From positions 372,001 through 436,000 of the forward strand of contig JALMLS010000065.1 in the NCBI GenBank assembly GCA_038496445.1: 64,000 bases of DNA. The letters are read 5' to 3'. Made by a program: the position numbers and the translations under genes. The notes under the pieces were generated by a model. It saw only the letters and a list, made by a program, of their open reading frames with translations, was not told where the DNA came from and ran no database searches. Of this stretch, positions 13,948-27,880 are shown piece by piece. The DNA comes from Trichosphaerium sp. ATCC 40318 (taxonomy: Eukaryota; Protista; Tubulinea). The number at the start of each line of letters is the position of its first letter. Positions within the stretch are counted from its first letter, which is position 1.

Positions 13948-14667
13948 ATGAGCAAAAAGGCACCAAAGGAATTCTTACCGCTCCCAATTGCAGTGTTAAC
14001 TGTGTCAGACACGCGAACAGAAGAAACTGACAAGTCAGGCAATCTGTTAAAAACGCTACTCACAGACGCAGGTATTACACTGAGTTCGCGATTCTTAAAG
14101 CTCATTACCTCATAGGACACGTTTGCGTTGAGAAAGCCATCGTACCAGATGATATTTACCAATTACGTGCTATTTTATCTAAATGGATAGCCAGCGACTC
14201 TGTGCGAGTAATTATTTCTACAGGAGGTACGTTTCAGTGTTTTTTTCTTGAAGTTAACGTCATCGATAGGCACTGGCGTAACTGGACGTGATGTAACACC
14301 AGAGGTACCTTTTTCTCTTGAACATAAAAATTCTTGCTTGACAGCACAACACTAACATTGTTTTAGGCTGTAACCCCTCTATTCGATAAGGAGATCCCAG
14401 GTTTTGGCGAGATATTCCGACACCTGTCGCTAGAGGTAAACTACACTATTTTCTTTAAACTCCCTCACTCAACTGTAGGAAATTGGAACGTCCACTATCC
14501 AATCACGCGCAATAGGAGGTCTTGCAAATGGAACATACATATTTTGCCTCCCTGGCTCATCTGGAGCGTGTCAAACTGGCTGGTCAAAAATCCTTGTAAA
14601 CCAGCTTGACAGGCGCCATGGTCCTTGTAACTTTGCAGAACTAATTGCTAGGTTGCTTGAGAAATAA
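13948..14667 (+). CDS. moaB: Stand-alone molybdenum cofactor biosynthesis protein MoaB, 4 introns
   Basis: Spliced product contains [62 protein letters not shown] and [11 protein letters not shown]. Confidence 0.92.
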
Positions 14668-15492
14668 CTGTTGTAACAAATAAACACCATTGGAATTATT
14701 TTGTGGGCGAGAATTAATACGGACCTTTTTACGGTGTATTGCGGCGTTTTTTTATCACGATATCAATAGTACATGCGTAACTAGGCGTTATTGGCGTATT
14801 TACAACCAGCTCATGTTAAGACTACATCTGCGAGCTCAAGAGGCTGTAAATAGACCTAAACGGCGCCAAAAGCTATGTTACTCGACGGGGAAGCGTAATA
14901 GACGTTCTCGCGATCAAGCAGGTGTGGTACATGAAACTACCTCACGCCGAAACGCCAACCAACTCATGTTAAAACAAATGGGGTACATACTAGCGCTATA
15001 GAACTTTGATCATATTTATTCTTCAAAATTACGAGCTATTGTGACAACGAGCGAATAAAATGCGTTTGACTAACTATCGTAGGCTAATAGGAATGACTGG
15101 TGGACGTAGAACTGCCAAGAGCAAGGGTTATGGATGTACGCTTATTTTTCATTCGCCAAGCGTAAATTATTGCCCCACCGCGCTTGGAATTTGTCAAGGA
15201 GTTCATGGCGTAGAATTTTTTTGCTACTTGACACCAATAGTGCCAAGCGTTCGTGCCTACAACCCACTAGCGCCTCTCCTTTCTATTGACAGCAAAAAGG
15301 CATTACCCTGCGCTCGTTCTTACATTTCCAAAAAAACCCACCTAACACATTGCAAAAGAAACGCTCAATAGCGACGAAAATTAGTTTTAACGCGTTACTG
15401 AGCATTTAGACAGATAAAAAAAACGCTAACAGAAAACATTTTTTTTTTGCCTTCCTACCAATAGTATTCGCTTATTCGTTTGTATAGCCCTC

Positions 15493-17297
15493 CGAGCGTA
15501 TTATTTAGACAAGAAATCAGCTACTGTGATGAACGATATGTCACTCTTTGACAGTTTAATGCCGAAAATTAAATCATTTGATTTCGCTTCTGCTGAATTT
15601 GAAGAACTTCGCGAAGTAGCTCTTGAGATTGGTATATCTTCATACAACGTATTGATTCAACTATCTCCTGTATTAGAACGTGCTATTGAAATATACGAGG
15701 AAGCTTTAGCTGAAGAACTACGACCAGACGGAGACACGTTTCACGAACTCATCAAAAAATGCGTAAAAGAAAACAACGTAGTGCAAGCAAACAAGTTTTT
15801 CGCTATCATGAAAGAGCATGGACCTAATCCTTCAGAGAGGCACTATGCTAATATGATGCGTTTATATCAAGGTATTAAATCAGACGTACCTTTTACGCTT
15901 TGGGAGGAAATGAAAGAACATGGCTATACACCTAACAAACAGTTGTATATTATACTTTTGAAGCATTCAAGAATATCAGATGCCTATAAGGAGTATCGTT
16001 CAAAGGTTTTAAACGAAATGGATGAGAATGGTATTCATATGAGTGAGACAGACTTTCAATTTCAGTTAAAGGAGGCTTTCTCTACAGCGGATGATAATAC
16101 GCTTTTCAAAATAATCGAAGAAATCAACCACTTTAATTTTGAAGTAAGTCCAGAAGGACAGCATATACTGATATGGCTTTTCTATTCTTTTCTTAATGAG
16201 AGACCTAGTGAAGCTTATTCTATATACTTAAAGGCACATCACTCTATTATATTGAGTGCTGTTTCTTGTACGAGTGTTATTGATAAGTTTTTTAAAGCTG
16301 GATTATCACCTGAGAAAATATTCAGTTTTATTGACTCACAAAGATCAAAAGGACTAAAAGTTGATGTTACTTTTTATAATCATCTGTTGATTTATTGCTC
16401 TAAATGGCGGAATGATGAAGCTTTTTTTAAGTATTGGGATGAAATGACTGTTAAGGAAGATATTAAACCTAATGCTGGTATTATTAGAACAGTTATACGA
16501 CAATGTAGCGTTGGTAAGGATAGTCGTATAGTATCTGTTCTTGAGTATCTTCTAGACAAAGATTTACCTCTTTCGAGCATCATAGACTATGTATCATCAT
16601 TTAACCTATGTAATAACATTGGTCAACACGAGATGACTTTAAAACTCTTTGAGAGTATGAAGGAACATAATATTTCTCCAAATGCTCAAGCTTATATGCA
16701 TGCTTTTATAGCTTGTAGTACTCTAAAGCGTTTAGAGACAATAGACTCTTTGGAAAAAGATATTAGGGATACAGAGATTATGAATGATATTACTTTAAAC
16801 AATGCTTTGATAAAGGTGTTTATCGATACCTCACAAGAAAAAAAAGCGATGGAACTTTGGGAAAGGATTTTGGCGAAAAAAGGAGTATCACCTACTGCTT
16901 CTACTTTTGCTAGTATTATACAGTGCAAGAGCATTGATAACTCTGGTGTTATTAAAAAATATGAAGAAATGTTAAGGGTACGCTAAAAAAGAGAATTTGA
17001 CACATTTTTGTTTTCTCGTTTTTTTCTTATTCTCGTTTGTTTCATTGGATTTTTCTTTTTGTTCTACTCATTTGCGAGAAAGGTTCTTACATGTTTTTTT
17101 AGTTAAAAGTTACCCCAACAAAGCGATTTGCGTATCAATTCATGTTGAGGTTTAAAGACAGTGTTAAAATTTGGTACCCTGGTCACATTACGAGGTCTTC
17201 GCACAGAGAAACTACACATCTACCTTTAAATTCAACAGAGTGTGATGAACTATACTATTACGCTAGGAGGGTGAAAGCTAAACTCGGTTTAAATTGA
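15493..17297 (+). CDS. Pentatricopeptide-repeat (PPR) protein; 5' exon(s) unresolved
   Basis: 35-aa helical repeats (LRPDGDTFHELI, VDVTFYNHLL, ISPNAQAYMHAF, VSPTASTFASII). Intron 16978-17102 precedes the last exon, which ends in TGA at 17297. Confidence 0.8.
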
Positions 17298-17743
17298 ATC
17301 AAAGATACAGAGAAAAGACTGGAAGTAGAAGAAACGAAAGACAGTTAGAGATTAAAAAAAAAAACAAGATGATATTTTTTTTGGTATTCAATTTATTTTT
17401 TTTTTTGTAGCACAAGTAGTTATTAACGATTGGTAATTTGTATGTGCGATATGTAAGAAGTGTAAAAAGCATTATAAAAAACGAATAATTAAAAACAAAA
17501 GGTTGAAATGTTAATGTAAATGTCCACTGGCAGAAGTTGTTGTTCGGCCTGTAAAAGTGCAAGTGTAGCGCTTACGCGCGTAGAACGCCGAAATTCGAAA
17601 CTAAAAAAAAAAAATTGTGGTCTCCTTTGACACGCTCTAAATCGTCCCGAAACTTTTTTGTATTCGCTCAAATACTATTTTTGTACAGGTTGGCCTTGTT
17701 TTGGATTAAGTTCACTTATTTCCATTCCAGTTTCTCAATAGCG

Positions 17744-19780
17744 ATGAAGACGTCCGTTACACTCTTAGTGTTAGTTGTTGTATGCGCATGCGGTACGTTT
17801 CATGCAATAAAACGCAGATAATCGCAGTTCTAATGCACTTGTTGGAATTTACTCTTTTTTAGCTTCTGCAACTGTATTACCTCGTTTGCTTGGTACAAAG
17901 TCGATCACAAAGCCCGCTTTTGTTGCTTTGGGTAGACTTCAACCAAAAGGACCGCAAAGGCTAATTGTTACTTCATTCGGATTCCTCGGTACGCGTAGCG
18001 AAATAATAAAAGTTCGGCCAACTACCTTTATCGAGAAGCTTTTATCAAAACGCAATTGCTCAATATTACAACTTTCAAATGACGTACTATCTTCTAGTGC
18101 AACAAGAACTTTTCTTTTGACATTTCTCACAATTTTTTCTGCTTTTCGCGTAATGTGGCTACGTATTCTCTTTTAATAGGCCTAAATGATTTATTGTAAG
18201 GTGGTGACGCCGTTCACATGTCCAGTGCAATCAAGAACTCATCTTCAATGGACTTTACATTTCAAACGTTGACTACAGATATCACTTGGCCTAATGAGGC
18301 TTCATTCGTTCCTGGAGAGGTATAAATACACTTTAACGCCTATTTGAACTTTGTGGTTTAATTGGCTGTAAACACTACAATAACGAAATATTAATTTGGT
18401 TTGTTTTTGTAGAATATTGGCGTTGTCGGTGGTGCTATTGCTGCTCCAGGAGGTTTCTTACCTCCAGGTTATCAAACCGGTGCTGTCACTTTATTCCTTT
18501 TCGGAAAAGGACAAGATCCAACAAACCCAGTGACGATCACAGAATCAGTTAGCGGAAAATTTTACCACAGGTACGAATTGCATTCACTTCATTCGTTTTT
18601 TCTCAACTACGCGGTTTGAGCGAGTAAACCCCACATATAGAAACTTATTTTTTTCTTTTTAGAGTTGAATGGTATGATATTGATGGTGATGGTGATTTAG
18701 ATATTATCACTGCTCGTGCTAAAGTGGGCTGGTTTGGAAGCGGCTCTGGAGAATTATTGTGGCTCGAAAACCCAGGAAATACCACAAGTGGTAGATTTGA
18801 TAACCCATGGGAAGCTCACATTATCACAAAAGGACCTGATGTATTTTTCCAAGTACGTCAATAACAACAAGCTCGCAACACCATTATTTCGAAAAATTTT
18901 GAATAGAGTGTATACCCATGGGATAGAATTCTAATTGTTTTTGTAGGTTTTGGATATTGACAATGATGGTTTCCCAGAGATCATTGCTGCAGAGTTCTTC
19001 TCAAAGAAACTTGTTGTCTACTGGGCTGATAAATCATGGAATGGTGGTAAAGTCCACAAACGTGTGATTGATAACTCAATTGGAAAAGTGAGTCTTAACA
19101 ACTAGTTTGTTGTTTTCACGTTTTTTCAAAACCACAACTTTTTGAGTCTCCCTTTCTCACGTCTTTGTTCCTAGGTTTTCGATATTAGAGTAGATGATCT
19201 TAACGGTGATGGAGTTAATGAAATCTATGTTACAAACCACGAAAATAAGCCAAAAGTCTCTGGTGTTTACGCATATGAGATATCTAAGGATTTTAAGACT
19301 GCTCCAATTAAGAGACATGTTCTCGCAACAGGTTTTACCTTAGAAGAGACAGGTATCGGTCAAGGTACACCTGGAAGTGCAAAAGCTTTCTACGCATATC
19401 CTGGACAAAAAGTACCTTACATATACGTCAGCGGTGACGGTTCTGAGGTTCGTCATTTCGTCACTTTTTTGCCTTTGCATTTTTGATTCTGTTTTGTTCT
19501 CACTTTCTACGTCAGGAAGCTTACATTATGGTACCAACTGATAACCAATTTGGTTATAATGTAACAGTAATTAATGATTTCAAAGCAACAGTAGGTACGC
19601 TAAGAAATACTTCCCAAAAGCCTTTTTAGTTTGAAACTTACCAATTTTTTAGGAGAGGCTGCTATTGGTGATATTAATGGTGATGGTTATGCTGATATCT
19701 ACATCCCTAGTTATGATAATGACTTACTTTATGTATACACATACGCACCATCCTCTGAGAGTAAAGTATCTATTAATTAA
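17744..19780 (+). CDS. Secreted FG-GAP/VCBS-repeat beta-propeller protein
   Basis: Signal peptide MKTSVTLLVLVVVCAC, then Ca-loop motifs DIDGDGDLDII, DIDNDGFPEII, DLNGDGVNEI and GDINGDGYADI across exons. Confidence 0.85.
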
Positions 19781-20201
19781 TAAATATAACACTCATAACA
19801 CGTGCTTGCATTCATCCATCAAAATACTTTTTTTTTTTCGTCAGAGAAAGGTTCTTCAGGCAAATCAAACGTTCGCACAGAAGCTACAGAGTAAGATTAT
19901 TCAAAATCTTCAAATATATGTTAACGACGTACACGTGTTTACAGTCATGCGGCATTAACGGTTTTTTTTTTCGTAGCATGAACATTCTCAATTTTTTTTG
20001 TTAACGAGTAGTAAAATTGGAAATCACTGACTTCAACCGCAAACTTATCGTTTAATTTACCAAAAAACCTTCGTCAGGGTTTGATTTGACAGTTCCTATA
20101 TTTCTTGTAGAGGTTTGAATTAAGGCAAATACTAGACGTACCCAAGTTTTTGCCTGCCAAAAACGTATAAAAGTTGATACACAAGGCCGACATCTCATTA
20201 A

Positions 20202-23200
20202 ATGGGTAACATACCATCAGAAGAGCTAAATCCTGGAGTTGGTATGGCAAGAGAAAGTGGTGATCTTGTAGATAGATATCCTAGCCCTGAAGGGCCTATT
20301 CAGAAGGTTTTATGCGCGAATAGGTGCGAAAGGAGTCGATTTAAGTGATTTTTGCTTGTCGTAACATTTTACGACAGAGGCGAGATAGCAATTCGCGTAT
20401 TCCGCGCAGCGAACGAACTTGGATTGAAGTACGTGCATTACAGATAGTTTTTGAGTTGTGTTCCCATTAAATTTCTACTGCTCAACTTGAGTGAAGTACA
20501 TATGTCACAAGGTCTTTTTTACATTATATGGTTGCCTATTGTAGTAACAATAACAGCCTACATTCTATTTTACAGTTTTTTTTTTTCAAAAACGGAAAAA
20601 TCTTCATAATCTTTATTAAGAATGCGTATTCAATTGACTCTATACGTCTAACACTACCTAGATCGATTGCTATTTACTCTCATCAAGACAGACTCACCCT
20701 ACACAGATACAAAGCCGATGAGGTACATATAAACCCCGTCTAGCGAACAATAGACGTGTTTTTAGACACTCTCATATAAAAAGCCTAAAAATCTTTATTC
20801 TGTGCGACAAACTTTAGCTGACGTTAACCGTATAGAGTTACCTCGTTGGTGTTGATAAATCGCCAGTAGGCGCGTACCTTGATATGAAGGACATTGTTCG
20901 TATTGCGAAGGATCACGGCGCAGACGCTATTCACCCTGGTTATGGCTTCTTATCAGAGAATGAGGATTTTGCACGCCTTGTTAGAGATAGTGGGCTTATT
21001 TGGATTGGTAAGAAAGATACTTCTTGTTCTTCTAGACATCATTTTTGGGGTTTTGATTTGTTTTCAAAGTCTTGCCAAAAAAAACTTTGTTGGATAAAAC
21101 ATCGAATTCATTTTGGCCTTACACTTCAAATCCATACTTTTTCACACTGTAGGAATACTGTTTTTTTCTATACAGCGAAATTCAACGGAGATATTTTTGT
21201 GTAAAGTGAAGAAAAAAACAAAATTTTTAAATGAGTTTGAATGGATAGAATTTGTATGCGTTTTTTTTGGTTAAAATCTGTTGTTGTTGAGCTTTTGGGA
21301 AAATGGAATACACCAGTTTTTTTTTATTTACACGCGGTTATTTTTCTTACACTTCTTTTCTTAGGTCCTCCTGCTGAGGTACATCACGTGATAGTTATAA
21401 AGAATTAATAGAAGTGAAATATTTATTATTTTTTTGCTAGTTTTTGTTGTTTTTTTGACATTTTGGTTTTTAGGTTATAAATTTAATGGGTGATAAAATG
21501 ATGGCGCGAAAGCTTGCTAATAAGGCAGGTGTACCTGTTGTTCCTGGATCAAGTAAGTTGTCAGCATATTTTATGTGCAGGGAAACTTAGATTTCCTACC
21601 ATTTTTTTTTTTGTTCTTGTACTAAGTGGCTTTTTTAGACGGGCCAGTCAAAACGTGGCAGGATGCCAAAAAATTTATTGAAGAGAAATCAGGTCTTCCA
21701 GTTATCATCAAAGCGTCCATGGGAGGCGGTGGACGTGGTATGCGTGTTGTACGCAAAATGGAAGGTAAGTTACTACGATTTCTTTACGTTTTTGTTTTAC
21801 CATTAACTTGTTCTCTTTGTTTTTAGAATTGGAGTTGGCGTTCACAACTGCTTCTTCTGAGGCCCTTACTGCTTTTGGAGATGGTACTGTATTCATTGAG
21901 CGATTGGTTGAGAAACCAAGACACATTGAAGTTCAAGTTTTGGGAGATCAAGTACGCTTTCTTTTGAGCTTTCTTTTTTTTGGAAATAACTTGTTCTAAT
22001 TGGCCTTCTCTAGCACGGTAACATCATCCACTTGTTCGAAAGAGATTGTACAGTACAACGCCGTCACCAAAAGGTACGAAGAGACCTATTTAGAGCTCAT
22101 TTCGCAGTCAATAACAAAGGTTAATGTACTGATGTTATTTTTTCTTGTAGGTTTGCGAAATCGCACCTTCTTGTGGTTTACCTGAAACTGTAAAACAAGC
22201 TTTATATTCAGATGCTATCAAAATAGCAACAGCAGCAAACTATGTAAACGCAGGAACAGTCGAGGTATGAATACAATAGTAACCAAGCTCAAAAAATTAA
22301 ATTTCCGCTTCGTTTCATTTTTTTTCACGTTTTTTCATCGGCCTTGTCGGTTGCCTTTCTAAGACTTTGTTGTAGTTTTTGGTTGAAAGAGATGGAAGAC
22401 ATTACTTTATTGAAATGAATCCACGTATTCAAGTAGAACATACAGTCACAGAACAAATCACAGGCATCGATTTAGTACAAAGTCAAATTTTAATCGCAAA
22501 TGGATGTTCTTTACCAGAACTTGGCTTAGACCAGGACTCAATAACTTGCAGAGGTGCGTAGAGATCAATAAAACACTACCAAAATACAGGACACCTTCAA
22601 AACAACGACACAGTGGCGAGAAACCGCAAAAAAAGCTTTTTTTTTTTTGTATTGAAGACATTTTCTTACGCTCTTTATCAAGGTTTTGCTGTTCAATGTC
22701 GTATCACATCAGAAGATCCAGCAAACAAATTCCAACCTGATGTTGGTCGTATTGTAGAGTACAGAACACCTGGTGGTATGGGTGTACGCCTTGATGGCGC
22801 TATTGGTTTCACTGGATCCCAGATTCAGCCTCACTACGATTCATTGCTTGTTAAAGTAACTAGTTCTGCTCTAAGCTGGGAATCAACCCTTCGTAAGCAA
22901 TTACGCGCAATTCTAGGTACGTTTTGCACTCTTTTTTTGTTTTCAATGAAAAATACGACCTTGAACTTGAACTAACTCTATTTGCTTAGAAATCCGTGTA
23001 CGTGGGTTGAAGACTAACGTACCTTTCCTACAAAAGCTATTAACACATCCAAAATTCGTTACATCCGAAGTTTGGACCACTTTTGTTGATGAAACACCTG
23101 AACTATTCGATTACGCAAAGCCACTTGATAGAGCACAGAAAATCCTACATTTCTTGGGTACGAATGATTTAAACAATTCTGAGCCTTCCAAAACGTGTTG

Positions 23201-26200
23201 TGGTGGTTTTTAATGTTGTCTATTTTAGCTGAGACTGAAGTTAACGGATGTCAAATTCCTGGTGCTAGAGTGAGACTAAACCCTCCTACTTTCATCCCTC
23301 GTAATATCCCTGTTATTACTGGAACACCTCCACCTGGTTGGCGTCAAGTTTTCCTTGAACATGGTGCGTTATAACGTCTGTTTTAACAATCTTTTTTCTT
23401 TTTTTTGTTCCAAACAAGTTTTCGTGATTTTTATCGTATCCTACGAATAAATGTCTTTTAATGTACATATATCTATAGCCTTAATACATATGTACTCATT
23501 GAATACTTCTTTAGGTCCAAAGAAATTCGCTCAAGCAATTCGTAAACATGAAGGTCTATTGCTGACTTCAACAACATTCAGAGATGCCCATCAATCTCTT
23601 TTGATGACACGTATGCGTACAATTGATCTAGAAGAGATCGCACCTGCTACAGCTCATATGATGAGTGGTTTATTCAGTATGGAAATGTGGGGAGGTACGG
23701 AAAGCGTTTGATTCTTTTCTCAGTTTTTTCGTTAAACAAACAAAGCTAACTCTTTGTTTTAGGTGCTACCTTTGATGTATGCTTGCGCTTCTTGAAGGAG
23801 GATCCTTGGGATCGCTTGAAGCGTCTCCGTGCATTGATGCCAAATATTCCTTTCCAGATGCTTCTCCGTGGAACCAACGCTGTTGGTTATACAACATACC
23901 CTGATAATGTTATTAAGGGATTTGTAAAGAAGGCTAAAGACTGTGGTATCGATATCTTCCGTGTTTTCGATTCATTGAATTATATCGAGAATTTGAAGGT
24001 TGGTATTGAAGCAGTTCGGGAAGCAGGTACGATTTTTTAACAAGATTTTTTGTTAAAGCAACAACACGTGTTACAAACGTTATCACAAGTTTTTTTCTTT
24101 TTTTTCTTTCTATGAACAAATTAAAGTATTTTTCTGAATGTCTACTTGTCACGTTGCTGCAGTTTTGCCGTAATAATATGTATCGATAAGAAACTTACAT
24201 ATTTTATTAAGGTGGTATCATTGAAGTTTGCATGTGTTACACTGGAGATGTATCAGATAACAAGAAGAAAAAGTACAACTTGCAATACTATCTAGACTTG
24301 GTACGTTCACATTTTCTTCTTTCTCTACTCCTTTGTATTTGCGTTCAAACCAACAGTTCTTACTATGCCACTCGCCATAGTGGACTGAACACATATACTA
24401 CCCAGTTGTGTCGTGCTAGACATAAGCAAAACACAAAAGTGTAAACTCATCTCATATTTACTATTGTATATAGGCGGACCAACTCGTAGAATGTGATATA
24501 CACATCTTGGCCATCAAAGATATGGCTGGATTACTTAAACCTAAAGCAGCTAAAATCCTCATTACTGCACTGAGACAAAAATTCCCAGACCTACCTATCC
24601 ACGTACGTGGTTTTTTCAAACTCTTTTTTTTACTTTCTGTTAACTTTTATCGCTTTCTTTGTTTTTGTACTCCTCAGGGCACATCGTCTAATTTTTATTC
24701 AGATTCATACACACGATACCGCTGGAACTGGTGTTGCATCTATGATTGCTTGTGCAAAGGCTGGTGCTGATATTGTTGACGTTGCTATTGATTCCCTTTC
24801 TGGTATGACATCACAACCTTCAATGGGCGCTGTTGTTGGCGCTGTTTCAGGCACCAAGCTTGATACAAAGATCGATCTCAATGCTGTATCTAAGATTAAT
24901 GAGTATTGGGAAGTCACACGTGGGATGTATGCTCCATGTACGTCATTTTACACAAACCTCAAATTCATTTTGTTGATGGCATTTATTAACCATTTTTTTT
25001 CTCATTTAGTTGAAACTGGTATAAAGTCTGGTTCTTCTGATGTATACCTTCACGAGATGCCAGGCGGTCAGTACACAAATCTACAATTTCAGGCAATGTC
25101 TCTTGGTCTTGGAGAAAAATGGAGCTCTGTCAAGCAGAAGTACGCTTTGGCTAATATCATCTTGGGTGATATTGTTAAGGTACTTTTTTGCGAGAACAAC
25201 TAGATTTTCTTCTAACCAAAAAATTAGGTCACACCTTCTTCTAAGGTTGTTGGTGACTTGGCACAATTTATGGTATCAAATGACTTAGATATTGATGATG
25301 TTAGAAAGAATGCAGCCACATTATCATTCCCACAAAGCGTAGTAGACGTAAGCCTTCAAAAAACCCTTTCCTTATTTTTTCTGCTTTTTTTGAATTTGCT
25401 TACTTGATTTGTAGTTCTTCAAAGGAATGATTGGACAGCCTCATGGCGGTTTCCCAGAACCACTTCGTACAGTTATACTTAGCGCAAAAGGTGAAAAACC
25501 TATCACAGGCCGTCCAGGTGCTGAAATGGAGCCATATGATTTTGCAGCACAGAAGAAGATGCTAATGGAGAAATATGGAATGTTGGATATTCCAGATACT
25601 GACATGTTGAGTTATGCACTCTATCCTAAAGTATTTGAAGAATACCTTACGTTCAGACAACGTTTCGGTGATGTATCCATCATACCAACACAGTACTTCT
25701 TAGTACCTCCACCAATCAGCAGCGAGTTCGAAATTGAATTGAGGTACACTTGTTTGTTCCAAAACTTCTTCCCTTTGTATCCTAGTTATTACATAGATTT
25801 TTACGTACATAGGTTATTTGTATATACATAGTATAGTAGTCAGACATCAACAGTGAATATTAAAAAATCACGTGTTGTTGAGATTAGCGATGACAAATTC
25901 TTTTTTTTCTTTTGTCGGTTTGTTATTAATTGGGGTTTTTTTTCTAGCAAGGGTAAAAAACTGTACATTAAATACCTCGCCAAGGGTCCTGGTAAAGATG
26001 AAGAGACCAAGACTGTTTACTTTGAACTCAATGGTAAAGCTCGTGCTATAACTGTTGTTGATGGCACAGCCGAAGTAAAACTTGAAAAAAGACCAAAGGT
26101 AAAAAAACAAGCTTGTATTTTGTTTTTCTTACAATTACTTTTCAGGCAAATGCAGACGATCCTGGTTCTGTTGGTGCACCAATGGCAGGTAGTGTTGTTG

Positions 26201-26462
26201 ATGTTCGTGTAAGTATCGGTGCAACAGTTAAATCTGGAGATCCACTTCTAGTACTCGGCGCTATGAAGATGGAAACGCCAGTAATTGCACCAATAAGTGG
26301 AACAGGTAAGAATTTTATTTCTTTTCAGTTTACTCTTTTTCGTTAACCACCTTGTGGTTTTTGACGGTTTTTTATTGATTTTTATTACTAGTGATTACAA
26401 TGCATATTGTTGTCGGCGATTCATTAGCTCAAGATGATCTACTCCTTGAGATTGAACCGTAA
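20202..26462 (+). CDS. PC: Pyruvate carboxylase, 24 introns
   Basis: [65 protein letters not shown] and the biotin site AMKM. All exons join in frame; the start codon is tentative. Confidence 0.97.
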
Positions 26463-26770
26463 GTTCAAAAAAAAAAAAAAGGAATATCTCACAAAAATGA
26501 TCAACAATTTTTTAAAACAAATGACTATCACACTGTGTAATACCCTCAACTCAAAGAATCCTTTAATGTTACTCACGCTCTTGTTTAAGTAGCAACGACA
26601 GTGTGTAAAAAAAAAAAAAGTTTATATGTGTACACTGCTATAAAATACAACGGTATTACTCCAAACAGATGTTGACTTTATTTTGATTATTTAAGATCTG
26701 TTTTCTGTTTTTTTTCTTATTGTTGTTTCCAACGTTCGTTTCTCCTCTCTTTGCCTTGAGTGCGTCCGAT

Positions 26771-27361
26771 TTAAGCTTCAACTGGCTTGAATTCAATGTT
26801 GTCGCCATCTTTTAATGGTCCAAAAGGTTGTTTGCCGTTAACTGTCATCACAGTAGCCTTCTCAGTGTATCTTACGGCCATACTGAACTCTGGGTCTTTT
26901 TTGCTCAGGTACTCCCGTAAGTCATCAGGAGAAGTCTTCGTCGAATAAGAGAGTCACCTAGGGTACCTTTTAACGTACTTGGGCTGGAATTCTGAAGCTA
27001 GAGTTCAAAGCAGGCGTAATGGCATCTCCATCAACCTTGTAGATGGTGTAGGTTACTGTTATCTAGTTTTACTCGGTATTAGATCTGTTGATGTTAAGCA
27101 TTGTACCAATTGACCCGTATACACTTTAGTATTGTTTCTACCCGAGGTGCGGTGCCTCATGCGCGTTTTCATGCTTACACGTTTAATGTCCGATCCATAC
27201 CGCTCGTTATTCTTACTACCTTCGCCGGTATACACTTTGGTATTGTTTCTACCCGAGGTGCGGTGCCTCATGCGTGTTTTCATGCTTACACGTTTAATGT
27301 CCGATCCATACCGCTCGTTATTCTTCTTACCTGATGTACTATGCCTCATACGTGTTGCCAT
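26771..27361 (-). CDS. Basic-repeat protein with C-terminal beta-grasp (ThiS/MoaD/ubiquitin-like) domain
   Basis: Two phase-0 introns (44 and 43 nt) extend ORF 27059-27361 to ...RIPAQTSPDDLREYLSKKDPEF..VMTVNGKQPFGPLKDGDNIEFKPVEA-stop. Confidence 0.6.
27117..27325. repeat. 111-bp-period direct duplication (37 aa)
   Basis: 27117-27214 and 27228-27325 are nearly identical (2 mismatches seen). Confidence 0.95.
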
Positions 27362-27538
27362 TGTGTTACCTGCTGTGATTAGAAAGTGCTAGAGAAAAGT
27401 AGATGGAAAGAAACTTACAATTCGTTGAAATCCACTACAAAGCGAATGTAGCTGAGTTAAACAGGAATAATAATAGATAATTATCGGGTTTTTTTACTTG
27501 TTCTAGCATGCATGATGAGGGTGATGGTGCAATTGTAC

Positions 27539-27880
27539 TTGAACTGTAAAGGGAATGTTTGTTTGAAACCAACATAACGAAGCATAACCATTAAATAGGT
27601 TGGTCAGTTACTGTTCATCTTTTTATCGATATACAAGCCTTTGATAGTAAAGGTCAGCTTCTGGTCTTACCCGAAGCGACAGATTGGAGCTGAAGCGCAC
27701 AATCTATCCCGTGTCTCGAGAGCATTGTAGCTATAAAGTGAACGGTAACAGGACAATGATGATGTTTGTATTATTTCTTTTCTGTGTTAGTACCTACAAT
27801 AGCAGGAAGGTTCTCTATTAACACATACTTCTAAAGCTACTAAATCATGTTATCTTTATTTTGCCTGTATAAGTTGCTTA
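27539..27880 (-). repeat. 3' flank shared in inverted orientation with 56015-56360
   Basis: About 340 bp of non-coding sequence is nearly identical to the reverse complement of the region downstream of the 54430-56019 gene. Confidence 0.92.

Noticed and set aside
14690-15371. ORFs 14690-15001 and 15060-15371 as independent genes
   Set aside because: No recognisable domains; part of the second may be an unresolved 5' exon of the PPR gene.
20202-26462. Alternative genetic code or stop read-through explaining fragmented ORFs
   Set aside because: All interruptions in conserved genes resolve as spliceosomal introns under the standard code.
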